DNA of 64,000 nt from an uncultured Clostridium sp. (GCA_930980855.1 CAKNIZ010000005.1:4713-68712), one strand, 5' to 3'. Numbered from the stretch's first letter, positions 47,847 through 58,135 are shown. Numbers and translations are program-made. The notes: generated by a model not told the origin, from the letters alone.

Positions 47847-48746
47847 TTATTTATTTACTACTTCTTTTGATACTTTTGTTTGCAAATTCTTTAGCTTAAT
47901 ATATAATTCTTCTTCTTGTTTTGTTAATGTCTTAGGAACTACTATTTTAATAATAACGTAGAAATTTCCTCTCATCCCTCTTCCTAATTTATAGCCTTTA
48001 TCTTTGATGACAAACTTTTCTCCACTTTGAGTTCCTTTAGGAATAATTAAAGAAATGTTTCCATCTATGCTCTGTATTGTAGTTTTTGTTCCTAACGCCG
48101 CTTCCCAAGGAGTTATACTAAGTTCTTTGTATATGTCTGCTCCATTTAACTTAAATTCCTTAGTATCTTTTATAAATATTTTGACTAGCAAGTCCCCATT
48201 TTTTCCACCATTTTTTCCAGGTTTGCCTTGACCAACAAATCTGATTTTATCATTATTTTGTATTCCTGCTGGAATATCTAATGAAAATGTTCTAGTTTTT
48301 CCATCAACTGCTAGCAATTTTAACTTTTTTTTAGTTCCATTAAATGCTTCTACTATACTTACTTCTATTTCTGTTTCAATATTTTCACCTTTTATAGGTG
48401 TTTTTTTAACTTTTTCTTCCTTTTTCTTTATAGGATTTATTCCAAATAAGATAGAAAGTAGTTTTTCTTTAAAAGTCTTTTTTTCTTCTGCTTCTCTATC
48501 TTCTATTTTTTTCTTTCTCTCCGTATATATGTACCAGCTTCTATCATACTTTTTTCTTGCTTTACTATCTGATAGCACTTTATAGGCTTCATTTATCTCC
48601 TTAAATTTTTCTTCTGAGTAAGAATCTCCAATATTCATATCTGGATGATATTTTTTAGCTTGCTCTCTATATGCTATTTTTATTTCATCTATTGAAACTT
48701 TATTCGTTTTTAAACCTAGTAATTTATAGTAATCCTTAAAATTCAT
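47847..48746 (-). CDS. cbpA: J-domain co-chaperone, CbpA-like (no zinc finger)
   Basis: 299 aa. Motifs DYYKLLGL and KKYHPD, then DnaJ C-terminal substrate-binding repeats (GENIETEIEVSIVEAFNGTKKK..., GDLLVKIFI). Confidence 0.8.
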   Translation of the reverse strand: MNFKDYYKLLGLKTNKVSIDEIKIAYREQAKKYHPDMNIGDSYSEEKFKEINEAYKVLSDSKARKKYDRSWYIYTERKKKIEDREAEEKKTFKEKLLSILFGINPIKKKEEKVKKTPIKGENIETEIEVSIVEAFNGTKKKLKLLAVDGKTRTFSLDIPAGIQNNDKIRFVGQGKPGKNGGKNGDLLVKIFIKDTKEFKLNGADIYKELSITPWEAALGTKTTIQSIDGNISLIIPKGTQSGEKFVIKDKGYKLGRGMRGNFYVIIKIVVPKTLTKQEEELYIKLKNLQTKVSKEVVNK

Positions 48747-48793
48747 TTAACATCCTCCACAAAACTGGTAATTTTATTATATCATATTATTTT

Positions 48794-49366
48794 TCAAATT
48801 TCACTAGTTAAAAGCAAATAATTTCTAGTTTTTATACTTTTTTCTAATATTGGTTTTTCCTTGTCTATGTTAATTAATATAGTTGATTCTACATTCTTTA
48901 TTATCGCTTTGTCTATGTTTTTGAAAGCTAACTCTCTTAATTCTTTTATTCCATCATACTCCCTAGTTTCATCTATTTTGTCTGATATAAATAATATTTT
49001 TTGCAATATTGTCATATTTTCTTTTCCAGTTGTATGTACAGCAATTGCTTCGCACATTTCATCATCAAAACCATAATTCTTTTTGCACATATCTGCCGCT
49101 ATTTTTCCATGTAGAATTCCACCTAAATATTTTTCCAGTTCTGAGCACTCTATGTTATTTTCTTCCACATAATTACGCATTTCATCTTTCGTTAATTCTT
49201 TTGCCATATCATGCATAAGTCCTATTAACTTTGCTTTCTCTATGTCAGCATTGTAAATATTTGCTAATTTCTCACACATTTTCATAACACCAACACTATG
49301 TAGATATCTTTTTTCACTTAATATTTTTCTTAAATCTTCATCTAATTTTTTTATATCTGTTATCAT
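48794..49366 (-). CDS. yqeK: HD-domain phosphohydrolase YqeK (Ap4A hydrolase family)
   Basis: 190 aa. Motifs RYLHSVGV and GLMHDMAKE. Confidence 0.75.
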   Translation of the reverse strand: MITDIKKLDEDLRKILSEKRYLHSVGVMKMCEKLANIYNADIEKAKLIGLMHDMAKELTKDEMRNYVEENNIECSELEKYLGGILHGKIAADMCKKNYGFDDEMCEAIAVHTTGKENMTILQKILFISDKIDETREYDGIKELRELAFKNIDKAIIKNVESTILINIDKEKPILEKSIKTRNYLLLTSEI

Positions 49367-50361
49367 TAATTCCCTCTCTTAATAGCTAAATCTATAAGTT
49401 TATCTAATAATTCTGAGTATTTTAGTCCCATGTAACACCATAATTTTGGATACATACTAATTTCAGTAAAACCTGGCATTGTATTTAATTCATTAAGATA
49501 TACATTTTGTGTATCTTTTTGTACAAAAAAGTCAACCCTTGCTAATCCTTTACAATCAGTAGCTTTAAATGCCTTTACTGCCAGTCTCCTAATTTCATTT
49601 ATCTTATCTTCAGATAAATCTGCTGGAATTTTTGTTTTAGATTCTGCATTATTATACTTTGCATCATATGTATAGAATTTATCTGCTGCTAATATTTCTC
49701 CAACAGTTGAAGCTTCAGGTATATCACCTCCTAAAACTGCACATTCCACTTCTTTTCCCTCTATGGCTTCTTCTATCAAAACCTTTTTATCATAAATCGA
49801 AGCCTCCTCAATTGCCGAAATCAATTCTGGTCCATTTTTTGCCTTCGTTACGCCAACTGAAGAACCTGAGTTTGAAGGTTTTACAAATACAGGAAAATCT
49901 AGTTTTTCTTGAACTATTTTTACAATCTCATCATTTTCTAACTTTATTTCTTCAAATTCTTCATTTATGTATATGTTCTCATTTTTTATGTATATATACT
50001 TTGCTTGCCTAATATTAGCTTTTTCCAATATACATTTTGTATAAACTTTATCCATACATATACTAGATGAAAGGACACCACAACCTACATATGGTATTTT
50101 TAAAAGTTCTAGCATTCCTTGAATTGTTCCATCTTCACCGTATAATCCATGTAATACAGGAAATACTACATCCATTTTCTTTAATTCTTCTACTACATTT
50201 TTTATTTCCTTGTTATTTATATACCACTTTCCCTGTTTGTCAATAAATATAGGGTATATATCATATTTTTTATTGTCTAAATTATCTAAAACATTTTTTC
50301 CTGACATTATAGAAACCTCATGTTCTGATGACATTCCTCCATAAATAACACCTATTTTCAT
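49366..50361 (-). CDS. ddl: D-alanine--D-alanine ligase
   Basis: Start MKIGVIYGGMSSEHEVS at 50361, after GGAGG. Motifs HGLYGEDGTIQG and EVNTMPGFT-like ELNTMPGFT. Confidence 0.9.
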   Translation of the reverse strand: MKIGVIYGGMSSEHEVSIMSGKNVLDNLDNKKYDIYPIFIDKQGKWYINNKEIKNVVEELKKMDVVFPVLHGLYGEDGTIQGMLELLKIPYVGCGVLSSSICMDKVYTKCILEKANIRQAKYIYIKNENIYINEEFEEIKLENDEIVKIVQEKLDFPVFVKPSNSGSSVGVTKAKNGPELISAIEEASIYDKKVLIEEAIEGKEVECAVLGGDIPEASTVGEILAADKFYTYDAKYNNAESKTKIPADLSEDKINEIRRLAVKAFKATDCKGLARVDFFVQKDTQNVYLNELNTMPGFTEISMYPKLWCYMGLKYSELLDKLIDLAIKRGN

Positions 50362-50369
50362 TTTGCCTC

Positions 50370-51734
50370 CTAACAAGCCTTTAAAGCTTCAACAATTTCA
50401 CTAAATTTCATACCATTTGATGCTTTAAATAAAATAGCATCATCTTTAGATATAATTTGCTTTAGTTTATTAATCGCTTCCTCATTATTATTAAATATAA
50501 AAATTTCTTTTGCTTTAGCCATTTGCGCAATGTATTTAGACTCACTACCTACCGTTATTAATATATCTATGCTTTCCGTTACTTCTTTACCCACGTTTTC
50601 ATGTAATTGCTTTGAAAAGTCTCCTAATTCTAGCATATCTCCTAAAACTGCAATTTTTCTTTTATTTTGTAGTTTTTTTAAATAATTTATTGCCGCTGAC
50701 ATGGAATCATAGTTTGCATTATATGTATCATTTATTAATATTGCACCTGTTTTAGAATTTGTAATTTCCATTCTCTTTTTTGATAGTTCAAGATTTGCAA
50801 TTCCATTTGCTATTTTTTGTAGAGGAATTTCAAGTAATTGTCCTACAGCAATACCGCAAAGACTATTTAAAACAAAATGCTCTCCTCCTACTGGAACGGA
50901 AATTTTTGTATCATCCACTGTAAACTCACTCTTATTTTCATATGCCTTTATATTTTTAGCCATAATATCACTATCATTTTCAATTCCATAAGTAGAAATA
51001 TCATATTTTTCTTTATTTTTTAATGCCCATTCGTGTAATAAATCATTATCATTATTGATTACAATTTTGTTAGTTTGTAACCCCTCTAATATTTCCATTT
51101 TTGCTTTAAGAATGTTCTCTCTTGAGCCTAAATTTCCGATATGCGCTGTACCTATATTAGTAATAACCGCTATTGTAGGCTTGGCAATGTTAGTTAATTT
51201 TCTAATCTCTCCAAAATGATTCATTCCCATTTCCACAACTAAGGCCTCTTCATCTGTCAAACTTAAAATAGTAAGAGGAAGCCCTATATCATTATTGTAG
51301 TTACCTTGGTTTTTTAGTGTTTTATATTTTTGAGATACAACAGATGCAACTAAATCTTTTGTGCTTGTTTTTCCTACACTGCCAGTAATGGCAATTACAG
51401 GTATATTATATAAACTTCTTTTATATGCAGCAATTTCTTGTAGTGCTTCCAAAGTATCATCTACCATAATAATTGTAGCATTGTGTTTTTCAGTATTCTC
51501 CTTGGTAATTTTTGCATCTTTGCTAAGTATGCAAACTTTTGCGCCATTTTCTATTGCTTCTTTGTAAAAATCATTTCCATCAAATTTCTCTCCCTTAAGG
51601 GCAATGTATGTATCTCCATCCCTAACCTCTCTTGAATCTCTAACAACTTTTCCTATTTCTTCATTCTCATTTCCACATATTAAATTTCCATTTGTTACTC
51701 TTAAAGCATCTTTTACTTTTATTTTACCTTGCAT
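50370..51734 (-). CDS. murF: UDP-MurNAc-tripeptide--D-Ala-D-Ala ligase
   Basis: 454 aa. Motifs ITGSVGKTSTK and NDTYNANYDSM. Confidence 0.9.
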   Translation of the reverse strand: MQGKIKVKDALRVTNGNLICGNENEEIGKVVRDSREVRDGDTYIALKGEKFDGNDFYKEAIENGAKVCILSKDAKITKENTEKHNATIIMVDDTLEALQEIAAYKRSLYNIPVIAITGSVGKTSTKDLVASVVSQKYKTLKNQGNYNNDIGLPLTILSLTDEEALVVEMGMNHFGEIRKLTNIAKPTIAVITNIGTAHIGNLGSRENILKAKMEILEGLQTNKIVINNDNDLLHEWALKNKEKYDISTYGIENDSDIMAKNIKAYENKSEFTVDDTKISVPVGGEHFVLNSLCGIAVGQLLEIPLQKIANGIANLELSKKRMEITNSKTGAILINDTYNANYDSMSAAINYLKKLQNKRKIAVLGDMLELGDFSKQLHENVGKEVTESIDILITVGSESKYIAQMAKAKEIFIFNNNEEAINKLKQIISKDDAILFKASNGMKFSEIVEALKAC

Positions 51735-51799
51735 ATCTAAATATCCACCTGTTAATTTATATTTTTTATTTATTATATGCTATGTATATTCATTTTACA

Positions 51800-51841
51800 A
51801 GTAAAAAATAAAATTAGACCAAAGGAATCGCTCCTTTTGGT
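51800..51841 (-). terminator. Intrinsic terminator downstream of ypeB / upstream of murF
   Basis: Minus RNA: ccaaaagga-gcgau-uccuuugg followed by ucuaauuuuauuuuuu. Confidence 0.6.
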
Positions 51842-51874
51842 TAAGACTCGACCAAAAAGGAACGTCCCTATTGG

Positions 51875-53263
51875 TTATTCTGTTAATGTTCCATCAGGTG
51901 TATTTATAATCATTAAAATATCTTGTTCTTCCCCGGTTTCTGCATTAATATATACAATAAAATCATTTTCTCCTGTATTGCCTTTAAATTCATAACACAA
52001 TACTTCTGTATTCCATTCAGTAGGAATTACTGCCATTCCAGATGAGCTAACTGAGAGTCTTTTATTTACTTTTTCTCTTGCCTGTTCTACTGTAATTTTT
52101 GCTTCTGCTAGTTCTCTAGTTTCTCTATGTGAATTTAAATATCCTGTAGACTCTAACCCCAATATTTCTCCATTATCTAATGCTATTTTTACTTTTATTA
52201 AATCTGGATACATCGTTATTCCATTTTGCTTATATGCATAATTTACTGTTAGTATTCCATCCATTTTTAAATAATATGTTTCTCCCATATTCTTAAATTC
52301 TCTCTGCTCTAAGAATTCTTTTCCTAGTTTTACCGCTTCTTCTGCTGATATATTTTCTCCTACAACATCTCTATTAGAATTCATTGAAACTACATGTCCA
52401 CCTTTTATTGAAACAGAAATATAATATTCTTCGCTTTCCCCAACTTTTGCATTAAAACTATAGCATTCTATATTTCCATTTTGAGATTGTCCATTTGATG
52501 AAATTTCTTTTACTTTATCATTTCCTATAAATTCTTTAGCCACGTTCATCGCCGTTTGTTCATCTATTTCATCCCCTGTTAACCCAACTCTTTCTGGATT
52601 TGTCATATGCTCTGAAAAAGCGCCATCATAAATTAAACCAGTATATTGATGTAACCCTTCTTCTAGGCTTCCAAAGCTGTTTTGAGATAGATTACTTGCT
52701 TCTTGAGTTAGCGCTTCTCCACCCTTTTTCTCTAATTCTCCCCATTTTATATTTCCAGAATATAAATCAACTTCTAATTGATTTAATGTATCTTTTAGTC
52801 CTTTACTATAATTAGATAGACTCGTCAAATTATCTAAATCTTCTTGTGATAGTTCACTTCCTCCAATTGCTTTATTTGCCAGTGAATAGCTATAATCTGC
52901 AACTTGATTCAAAAATTTTTGTGTATTTTCTAATTCTTGTGAACCTATAGGTAATCTAGCTAAATAGCTTTGAGCAAGTGTTGCATCTCTCCATACATTT
53001 GTTAAAGTTTCTGCTCCATGTTTAGCACTATTTGAAATTGTAGCTTTTGTTAATAATACCTCTGTACGATTCACATATTCAACTAATTGGTAAAAAGCAT
53101 TATTATATCCGTTTTCTGCTAATCCTCTATAATCCATTTGTTTTTTATATATCCATACAGCCAACACTAAAATTATTGCAACTAATGTAACTACTAATGT
53201 GAGCATTTTTCTATCCCTTAATCTATCCTTAAAATCATAAACTTTGTTTTTTATCTTTCCCAT
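51875..53263 (-). CDS. ypeB: Germination protein YpeB (PepSY domains)
   Basis: 462 aa. N-terminal TM helix, a YpeB-like N-region (GYNNAFYQLVEYVNRTE...NVWRDATLAQSYLARLP), and C-terminal PepSY-like repeats. Confidence 0.75.
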   Translation of the reverse strand: MGKIKNKVYDFKDRLRDRKMLTLVVTLVAIILVLAVWIYKKQMDYRGLAENGYNNAFYQLVEYVNRTEVLLTKATISNSAKHGAETLTNVWRDATLAQSYLARLPIGSQELENTQKFLNQVADYSYSLANKAIGGSELSQEDLDNLTSLSNYSKGLKDTLNQLEVDLYSGNIKWGELEKKGGEALTQEASNLSQNSFGSLEEGLHQYTGLIYDGAFSEHMTNPERVGLTGDEIDEQTAMNVAKEFIGNDKVKEISSNGQSQNGNIECYSFNAKVGESEEYYISVSIKGGHVVSMNSNRDVVGENISAEEAVKLGKEFLEQREFKNMGETYYLKMDGILTVNYAYKQNGITMYPDLIKVKIALDNGEILGLESTGYLNSHRETRELAEAKITVEQAREKVNKRLSVSSSGMAVIPTEWNTEVLCYEFKGNTGENDFIVYINAETGEEQDILMIINTPDGTLTE

Positions 53264-53368
53264 TTTTTCCTCCTAAATGTATTTTATTGTATTTTTTACA
53301 AAATTTAATAAAATATACAATTGATTTATTTCATATAATGTGTTATAAAAATTTTAGAGGTAAATTTT

Positions 53369-54493
53369 ATGAAAGTTTTAATTTTTTACGCAGCATATGG
53401 TGGAGGACATCTTTCTGCTGCAAGATCAATAAAGCAATATTTAGATTCAAATTTTGACAACGTGGAAACCGAACTAGTTGATTGTGTAAAATATATTAAT
53501 AAAGGCTTAGATAAAATAACCACTTTGGCATACAAAGAAATGGCGAAAAAAGCACCTTGGGCTTGGGGTGAAATATACAATCATTCTCAAAAAGGCACAA
53601 TGTCTCACATAAGTAATGGTGCTAATAAAATTATGTCTATAAAATTATACAAACTATTTGAAGAGTTTAAGCCTGATATAGTAGTTTCTACACATCCTTT
53701 CGGTAGTCAAATGACAGCATATTTAAAAAGTAAAGGAAAAACTAATTGTATTTTAGCCAGTGTTATGACTGATTTTGCATCACATGATCAATGGTTAGTA
53801 GGGCATGAATACATAGACCATATATTTGTGTCTCATGAAGGTATGAAAAAAGATATCATTGCTAAAGGAGTTAAAGCTTCTAAAATTCATGCAACGGGTA
53901 TCCCTTTATCTAATAGATTTTTGGAACATTTTGATAGAAAAAAAATAAAGTCTTCTTTTGATTTAGATATAAATAAAAAAACGATTCTTTTCTTTGGTGG
54001 TGGAGAATTTGGTTTAGGAAAGGATAAAACTTTAAAAATTCTTAAAGCTTTTATGGATAATATTAAGGACGAATATCAAATAATCGCTATCTCTGGTAAA
54101 AATGCAAAAATGCAAGAAAAGTTTACAGAACTTGTTGGAGACGATCCTAATGTACAAGTTTATGGCTTTACAAATGAAGTTCCTGAACTTATGAGTATAT
54201 CTGATTTAGTAGTAACCAAGCCAGGAGGGCTTACGATTACAGAAAGTTTAGCTTCTGGACTTCCTATTGTAGTAATAAATCCAATTCCTGGTCAAGAAGT
54301 TGAAAATGCTGAATTTTTAGAAAAAAAAGGTGTAGCTGTTTGGATAAGAAAAACCGAAGATCCGCAGCAAGCTGTAGCTGAGCTTTTGTCTAATCCGGAA
54401 CAAATTAAACACATGAAAATACGTTCAAAATTAATGGCTAAAAAACATTCTACAGAAGATATATGTAAGATTATTTTAGAAAGCAAAAAATAG
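53369..54493 (+). CDS. ugtP: Diacylglycerol glycosyltransferase (MGDG synthase/UgtP family, GT28)
   Basis: 374 aa. Motifs MKVLIFYAAYGGGHLSAA, TKPGGLTITES, and QEVENAEFL. Confidence 0.75.
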   Translation: MKVLIFYAAYGGGHLSAARSIKQYLDSNFDNVETELVDCVKYINKGLDKITTLAYKEMAKKAPWAWGEIYNHSQKGTMSHISNGANKIMSIKLYKLFEEFKPDIVVSTHPFGSQMTAYLKSKGKTNCILASVMTDFASHDQWLVGHEYIDHIFVSHEGMKKDIIAKGVKASKIHATGIPLSNRFLEHFDRKKIKSSFDLDINKKTILFFGGGEFGLGKDKTLKILKAFMDNIKDEYQIIAISGKNAKMQEKFTELVGDDPNVQVYGFTNEVPELMSISDLVVTKPGGLTITESLASGLPIVVINPIPGQEVENAEFLEKKGVAVWIRKTEDPQQAVAELLSNPEQIKHMKIRSKLMAKKHSTEDICKIILESKK

Positions 54494-54519
54494 GTTATTA
54501 AAAAATACTAATTATAATA

Positions 54520-54622
54520 TTAATCATATATACTTTTTTATTCCAGCTGCGAGAACGCCCCTGCCGGCTCACTCCGGCTTACGCCAGTCGCTCCCCTTGA
54601 ATAAAAAAGTATATATGATTAA
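54520..54622. repeat. Family A GC-rich-core element, third copy (opposite orientation), between convergent ugtP and recR
   Basis: A 21-bp perfect AT-rich inverted repeat (ttaatcatatatactttttta / taaaaaagtatatatgattaa) encloses the core. Its reverse complement is caaggggagcgactggcgtaagccggagtgagccggcaggggcg. Confidence 0.8.
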
Positions 54623-54663
54623 TTTATAAAATTTAGTAATTACAATAAATAACCTATTTTTTG

Positions 54664-55263
54664 TTATAAATCTACTCTACCTTCTAAAGCTTTTCCTAAA
54701 GTAAATTCATCTGTATATTCAATATCTCCACCAATTGGAATTCCATGTGCTATTCTAGTAACTCTTATTCCCATTGGTTTTATTAGTTTTGCTATATACA
54801 TTGAAGTCGCTTCTCCTTCAACTCTAGGATTTGTAGCGAGTATAACTTCTTTTACAGTGCCATCCATTAATCTCGCAAGTAATTCTTTTATTTTTATATC
54901 ATCTGGACCAACGCCATCCATTGGAGAAATTGAGCCATGTAGCACATGATACAATCCTTTAAATTCATGAGTTTTTTCCATTGCCACAACATCTTTTACA
55001 TCTTCAACAACACAAATTTTACTTTGGTCTCTTGATGGGTTAGCACATATTGAACATGGATCTGTATCAGAAATATTAAAACACTTTGAACAAAACTTCA
55101 AATTTGCTTTTGCATCCTGTATACTCTTTATAAACTCATTTGCTTCATCATTACTAGCATTTAAAATATAAAAAGCTAGTCTTATAGCTGTTTTTTCACC
55201 TATACTAGGTAATTTCTTAAATGATTCTATTAATTTTTCTATTGATGGTGAATAATATGACAT
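54664..55263 (-). CDS. recR: Recombination protein RecR
   Basis: 199 aa. HhH, a C4 zinc finger (CSKCFN...CSIC), and a Toprim domain. Confidence 0.95.
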   Translation of the reverse strand: MSYYSPSIEKLIESFKKLPSIGEKTAIRLAFYILNASNDEANEFIKSIQDAKANLKFCSKCFNISDTDPCSICANPSRDQSKICVVEDVKDVVAMEKTHEFKGLYHVLHGSISPMDGVGPDDIKIKELLARLMDGTVKEVILATNPRVEGEATSMYIAKLIKPMGIRVTRIAHGIPIGGDIEYTDEFTLGKALEGRVDL

Positions 55264-55278
55264 ATCGACTTCCTCTAA

Positions 55279-55614
55279 TTATCTTAATCCTGGTATATTA
55301 TATTTTCCAAGTTCTTGTGCTTGTGCAGCATCTACCTTTTTAAGTGCATCATTAATACAAGTTAAAATTAAATCTTGTAACATTTCTACATCATCTGGGT
55401 CAACTACGTCTTTTTGTATTTTTATTTCCAATAATTCTTTACTTCCATTTACTTTTGCATAAACTGCTCCTCCACCCGTTGTACTTTCAAAAGTTTGGCT
55501 AGCTAAATTTTCTTGAGATTTTTCCATCTCTTCTTGCATCTTTTTTGCTTGTTTCATAAGTTGGTTCATATTGAACCCTCCACCGAATCCTCCTGGGAAT
55601 CCACCTCTTGCCAT
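55279..55614 (-). CDS. ybaB: Nucleoid-associated protein YbaB/EbfC
   Basis: Start MARGGFPGG at 55614, 8 nt after GGAGG. Conserved dnaX-ybaB-recR synteny. Confidence 0.9.
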   Translation of the reverse strand: MARGGFPGGFGGGFNMNQLMKQAKKMQEEMEKSQENLASQTFESTTGGGAVYAKVNGSKELLEIKIQKDVVDPDDVEMLQDLILTCINDALKKVDAAQAQELGKYNIPGLR

Positions 55615-55627
55615 AATAATTTCCTCC

Positions 55628-57190
55628 TTATCCATCTATATAGTTTACATCTATACCTAAATCAATTTTAGTTTTTTCATTTTTTTCTTTTTTATTATTT
55701 GGTTCTATAATTTTAACTCTCATATCCTTATTACATTCTAAAGATATTAACTTTTTAAGTTCGTTCATATTTTCAGGTCTTTCTATAACAGCTTTTCCAA
55801 AACTAGTTAATCCATTCATGAACTCAATTCCAACAGTCATATCATCCAAAAGTATAGCTTTTGTATTACTCAAATTAGAATAAAGCATAGCTTTTCTTTC
55901 TTCTTTAAGTTTATTTATAACATTTTCCCAAAAATCCTCGCCTTTAGTCGCAGTGGCACTTGGTTTTGGACTGTTTTTTTCCACATTTTGTTTACTAACT
56001 GTGGATTGTTGCTCTTTTTTTACTGGCACAACTGCTTCCTGCTTTATATTCATTTTTCCACTCGAAATACTTCTTTCCAAGTTTTCTACTCTTTCTTGCA
56101 AAGTCATATTTTCTTTACTACATAAGCGCATTATTCCTACTTGAAAAATAATATTTCTCTGTGATGACCATTTTAGTTCACTTTCTAAATCTGAAAGTGC
56201 ATAAATAATTTTTAATAGCGTGTCTTTATTAGTATTGTCTGCTAAATTTTGCATTACCTTTTTATCTTCATCTGAGTATATATTAGAAGATGTTTTTGCA
56301 GTTTTTAATACCATTAAATCTTTAACATATTTTATAATTTCCCATAAAAAATTACTTAAATCTTTTCCTTCTAGTATTACATTATTGCAAATATTTATGC
56401 TTTTTTCTACGTCATAATTAAGAATAGAACTTACTATTCCTGCTACATATTCAAGTTTAGGTATTCCAACTAAATCCTTTACTTTTTCCTTAGTTATGCT
56501 GTTTTCATCTCCTTGAGAACATCTTTCTAAAATAGATAAAGCATCTCTCATTGCTCCCTCAGATAGCTCTGCAATTAAATCTAAAGCATCTTCTGTATAT
56601 TCTATTTTGCATTCATCACATATTTTTTTAAGATTTCCTACAATATCCTGTTCAGAAATCTTTTTATAATCAAATCTCTGACATCTTGACAATATTGTTG
56701 CTGGTAATTTTTGAGGCTCTGTTGTAGCTAAAATAAACTTTACATGTTTTGGTGGTTCTTCCAAAGTTTTTAATAAGGCATTAAAAGCTCCTGGTGTAAG
56801 CATATGAACCTCATCTATAATATATACCCTATATTTAGCAACAGTAGGTAAAAAATTGACCTCATCTCTTATAGATCTTATATCATCAACACTATTATTA
56901 GATGCTGCATCCATTTCCACAATATCTGTAAGTGAACCATCTAAGGCTGCCTTACAAATATCACATTCATTACATGGCTCTCCATCTTTTGGATTAAGAC
57001 AATTTACAGCTCTTGCTAATACCTTTGCTGATGATGTTTTTCCACATCCTCTACATCCTGTAAAAAGATAGGCATGCCCTACTCTATCTGCCATTACTTG
57101 GTTTCTAAGAGTAGTTGTTATATGTTCTTGACCTACAATTTCTTTAAATGTCATAGGTCTGAATCTTCTATATAAAGCTGTATATTCCAT
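55628..57190 (-). CDS. dnaX: DNA polymerase III subunit gamma/tau
   Basis: Start MEYTALYRRFRP at 57190, after GGAGG. Motifs GCRGCGKTS and IIDEVHML. The track's 20-aa extension runs into the SRP RNA gene. Confidence 0.9.
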   Translation of the reverse strand: MEYTALYRRFRPMTFKEIVGQEHITTTLRNQVMADRVGHAYLFTGCRGCGKTSSAKVLARAVNCLNPKDGEPCNECDICKAALDGSLTDIVEMDAASNNSVDDIRSIRDEVNFLPTVAKYRVYIIDEVHMLTPGAFNALLKTLEEPPKHVKFILATTEPQKLPATILSRCQRFDYKKISEQDIVGNLKKICDECKIEYTEDALDLIAELSEGAMRDALSILERCSQGDENSITKEKVKDLVGIPKLEYVAGIVSSILNYDVEKSINICNNVILEGKDLSNFLWEIIKYVKDLMVLKTAKTSSNIYSDEDKKVMQNLADNTNKDTLLKIIYALSDLESELKWSSQRNIIFQVGIMRLCSKENMTLQERVENLERSISSGKMNIKQEAVVPVKKEQQSTVSKQNVEKNSPKPSATATKGEDFWENVINKLKEERKAMLYSNLSNTKAILLDDMTVGIEFMNGLTSFGKAVIERPENMNELKKLISLECNKDMRVKIIEPNNKKEKNEKTKIDLGIDVNYIDG

Positions 57191-57226
57191 ATAAGCCTCC
57201 AATATTTTAATAAAGGTATAAAAACC

Positions 57227-57333
57227 TTTCTTCATAGAGGATACTCCCACATAAAAGGATCTACTTATTGCTGCTACCTTCCGGTCCTGACAAGGTTCAT
57301 AGTCTTTTATTGAGAATATCCTCTATAAAGAAA
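57227..57333 (-). ncRNA. ffs: Small (4.5S-type) signal recognition particle RNA
   Basis: Minus strand has the domain IV motif GUCAGGACCGGAAGGUAGCAGCAA. It is closed by a ~17-bp terminal helix (uuucuuuauagaggaua / uauccucuaugaagaaa). It has the classic position upstream of dnaX. Confidence 0.75.
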
Positions 57334-57377
57334 CATCCTCATACCTTTAGCAATTATATACTATTTATTTGATATTA

Positions 57378-58124
57378 TCAATAGTTTTCTCTTTTAAAAA
57401 TTATATCAGAACAATCATCCTTGTCTAGCTGTGCAGTTCCTTCTGTTATTATATCTCCACAAGGTAATTCTAAATTGACAGTTCCTCTATATTTAGATAT
57501 GTTTGTCTCTATTACTATATCAAAAGAAATATTAATTTTCAAGTCTTCTAATGTTACTGGTGTTTTTGAAAGCAATGTTCCATTATGTGATATTTCTGCA
57601 TCATCATTTGAAACATATTCTCCAACTTCTGTATTGGCCACTCTAAATACTATATTTCCTCCTTGGCTAGAGATTTCTAACGTTTTATAATTATTAGATT
57701 CTCCTCCATTAAATGTTAGTGTTCTATTTATTAAATAATTATCATCATAAGAAAACAAAGTACCTTCTGTGCTACTTGGCATATAAATTCTAGTATTTCC
57801 TACTTTTGGATCTGAAAAATGGAAATTTTCTAAACTTATACTTTCTATATATGCATTTTTATCATATTCTGGATTTTTTACAATTTGTAAATATATATCG
57901 TTATATTGCATAATATCCAAATTCCATTTATAATTTTCTGGATTTTCTTGTTTTGTTCTTCCTTCTGCACTACTTACCACTATAATATCAGACAAGTTAA
58001 ATGGCATATTTTTTTCGCCTTCTTGGTTATATTTAAGCATTATAGTAATAGCTACTCCAAAAGCAATAACAATTATAGCAAATGTTATTGCCAGCTTAAT
58101 TTTTTCTTTTTTGTTTTTCTCCAT
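57378..58124 (-). CDS. Membrane-anchored hypothetical protein
   Basis: Start MEKNKKEK at 58124, after GGAGG. The track's extension overlaps tRNA-Ser. One N-terminal TM helix and a beta-rich extracytoplasmic region. Confidence 0.5.
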   Translation of the reverse strand: MEKNKKEKIKLAITFAIIVIAFGVAITIMLKYNQEGEKNMPFNLSDIIVVSSAEGRTKQENPENYKWNLDIMQYNDIYLQIVKNPEYDKNAYIESISLENFHFSDPKVGNTRIYMPSSTEGTLFSYDDNYLINRTLTFNGGESNNYKTLEISSQGGNIVFRVANTEVGEYVSNDDAEISHNGTLLSKTPVTLEDLKINISFDIVIETNISKYRGTVNLELPCGDIITEGTAQLDKDDCSDIIFKRENY

Positions 58125-58135
58125 AATTCCTCCAT

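Noticed and set aside
57191-57250. N-terminal extensions in the ORF track for dnaX (to 57250), the 261-aa ORF (to 58163), yhaO-like (to 34197), ddl (to 50376) and the CDF transporter (from 30004)
   Set aside because: The extensions overlap the SRP RNA, tRNA-Ser or promoter elements and lack Shine-Dalgarno sequences. Internal ATGs preceded by GGAGG/GAGGTG fit conserved N-termini.
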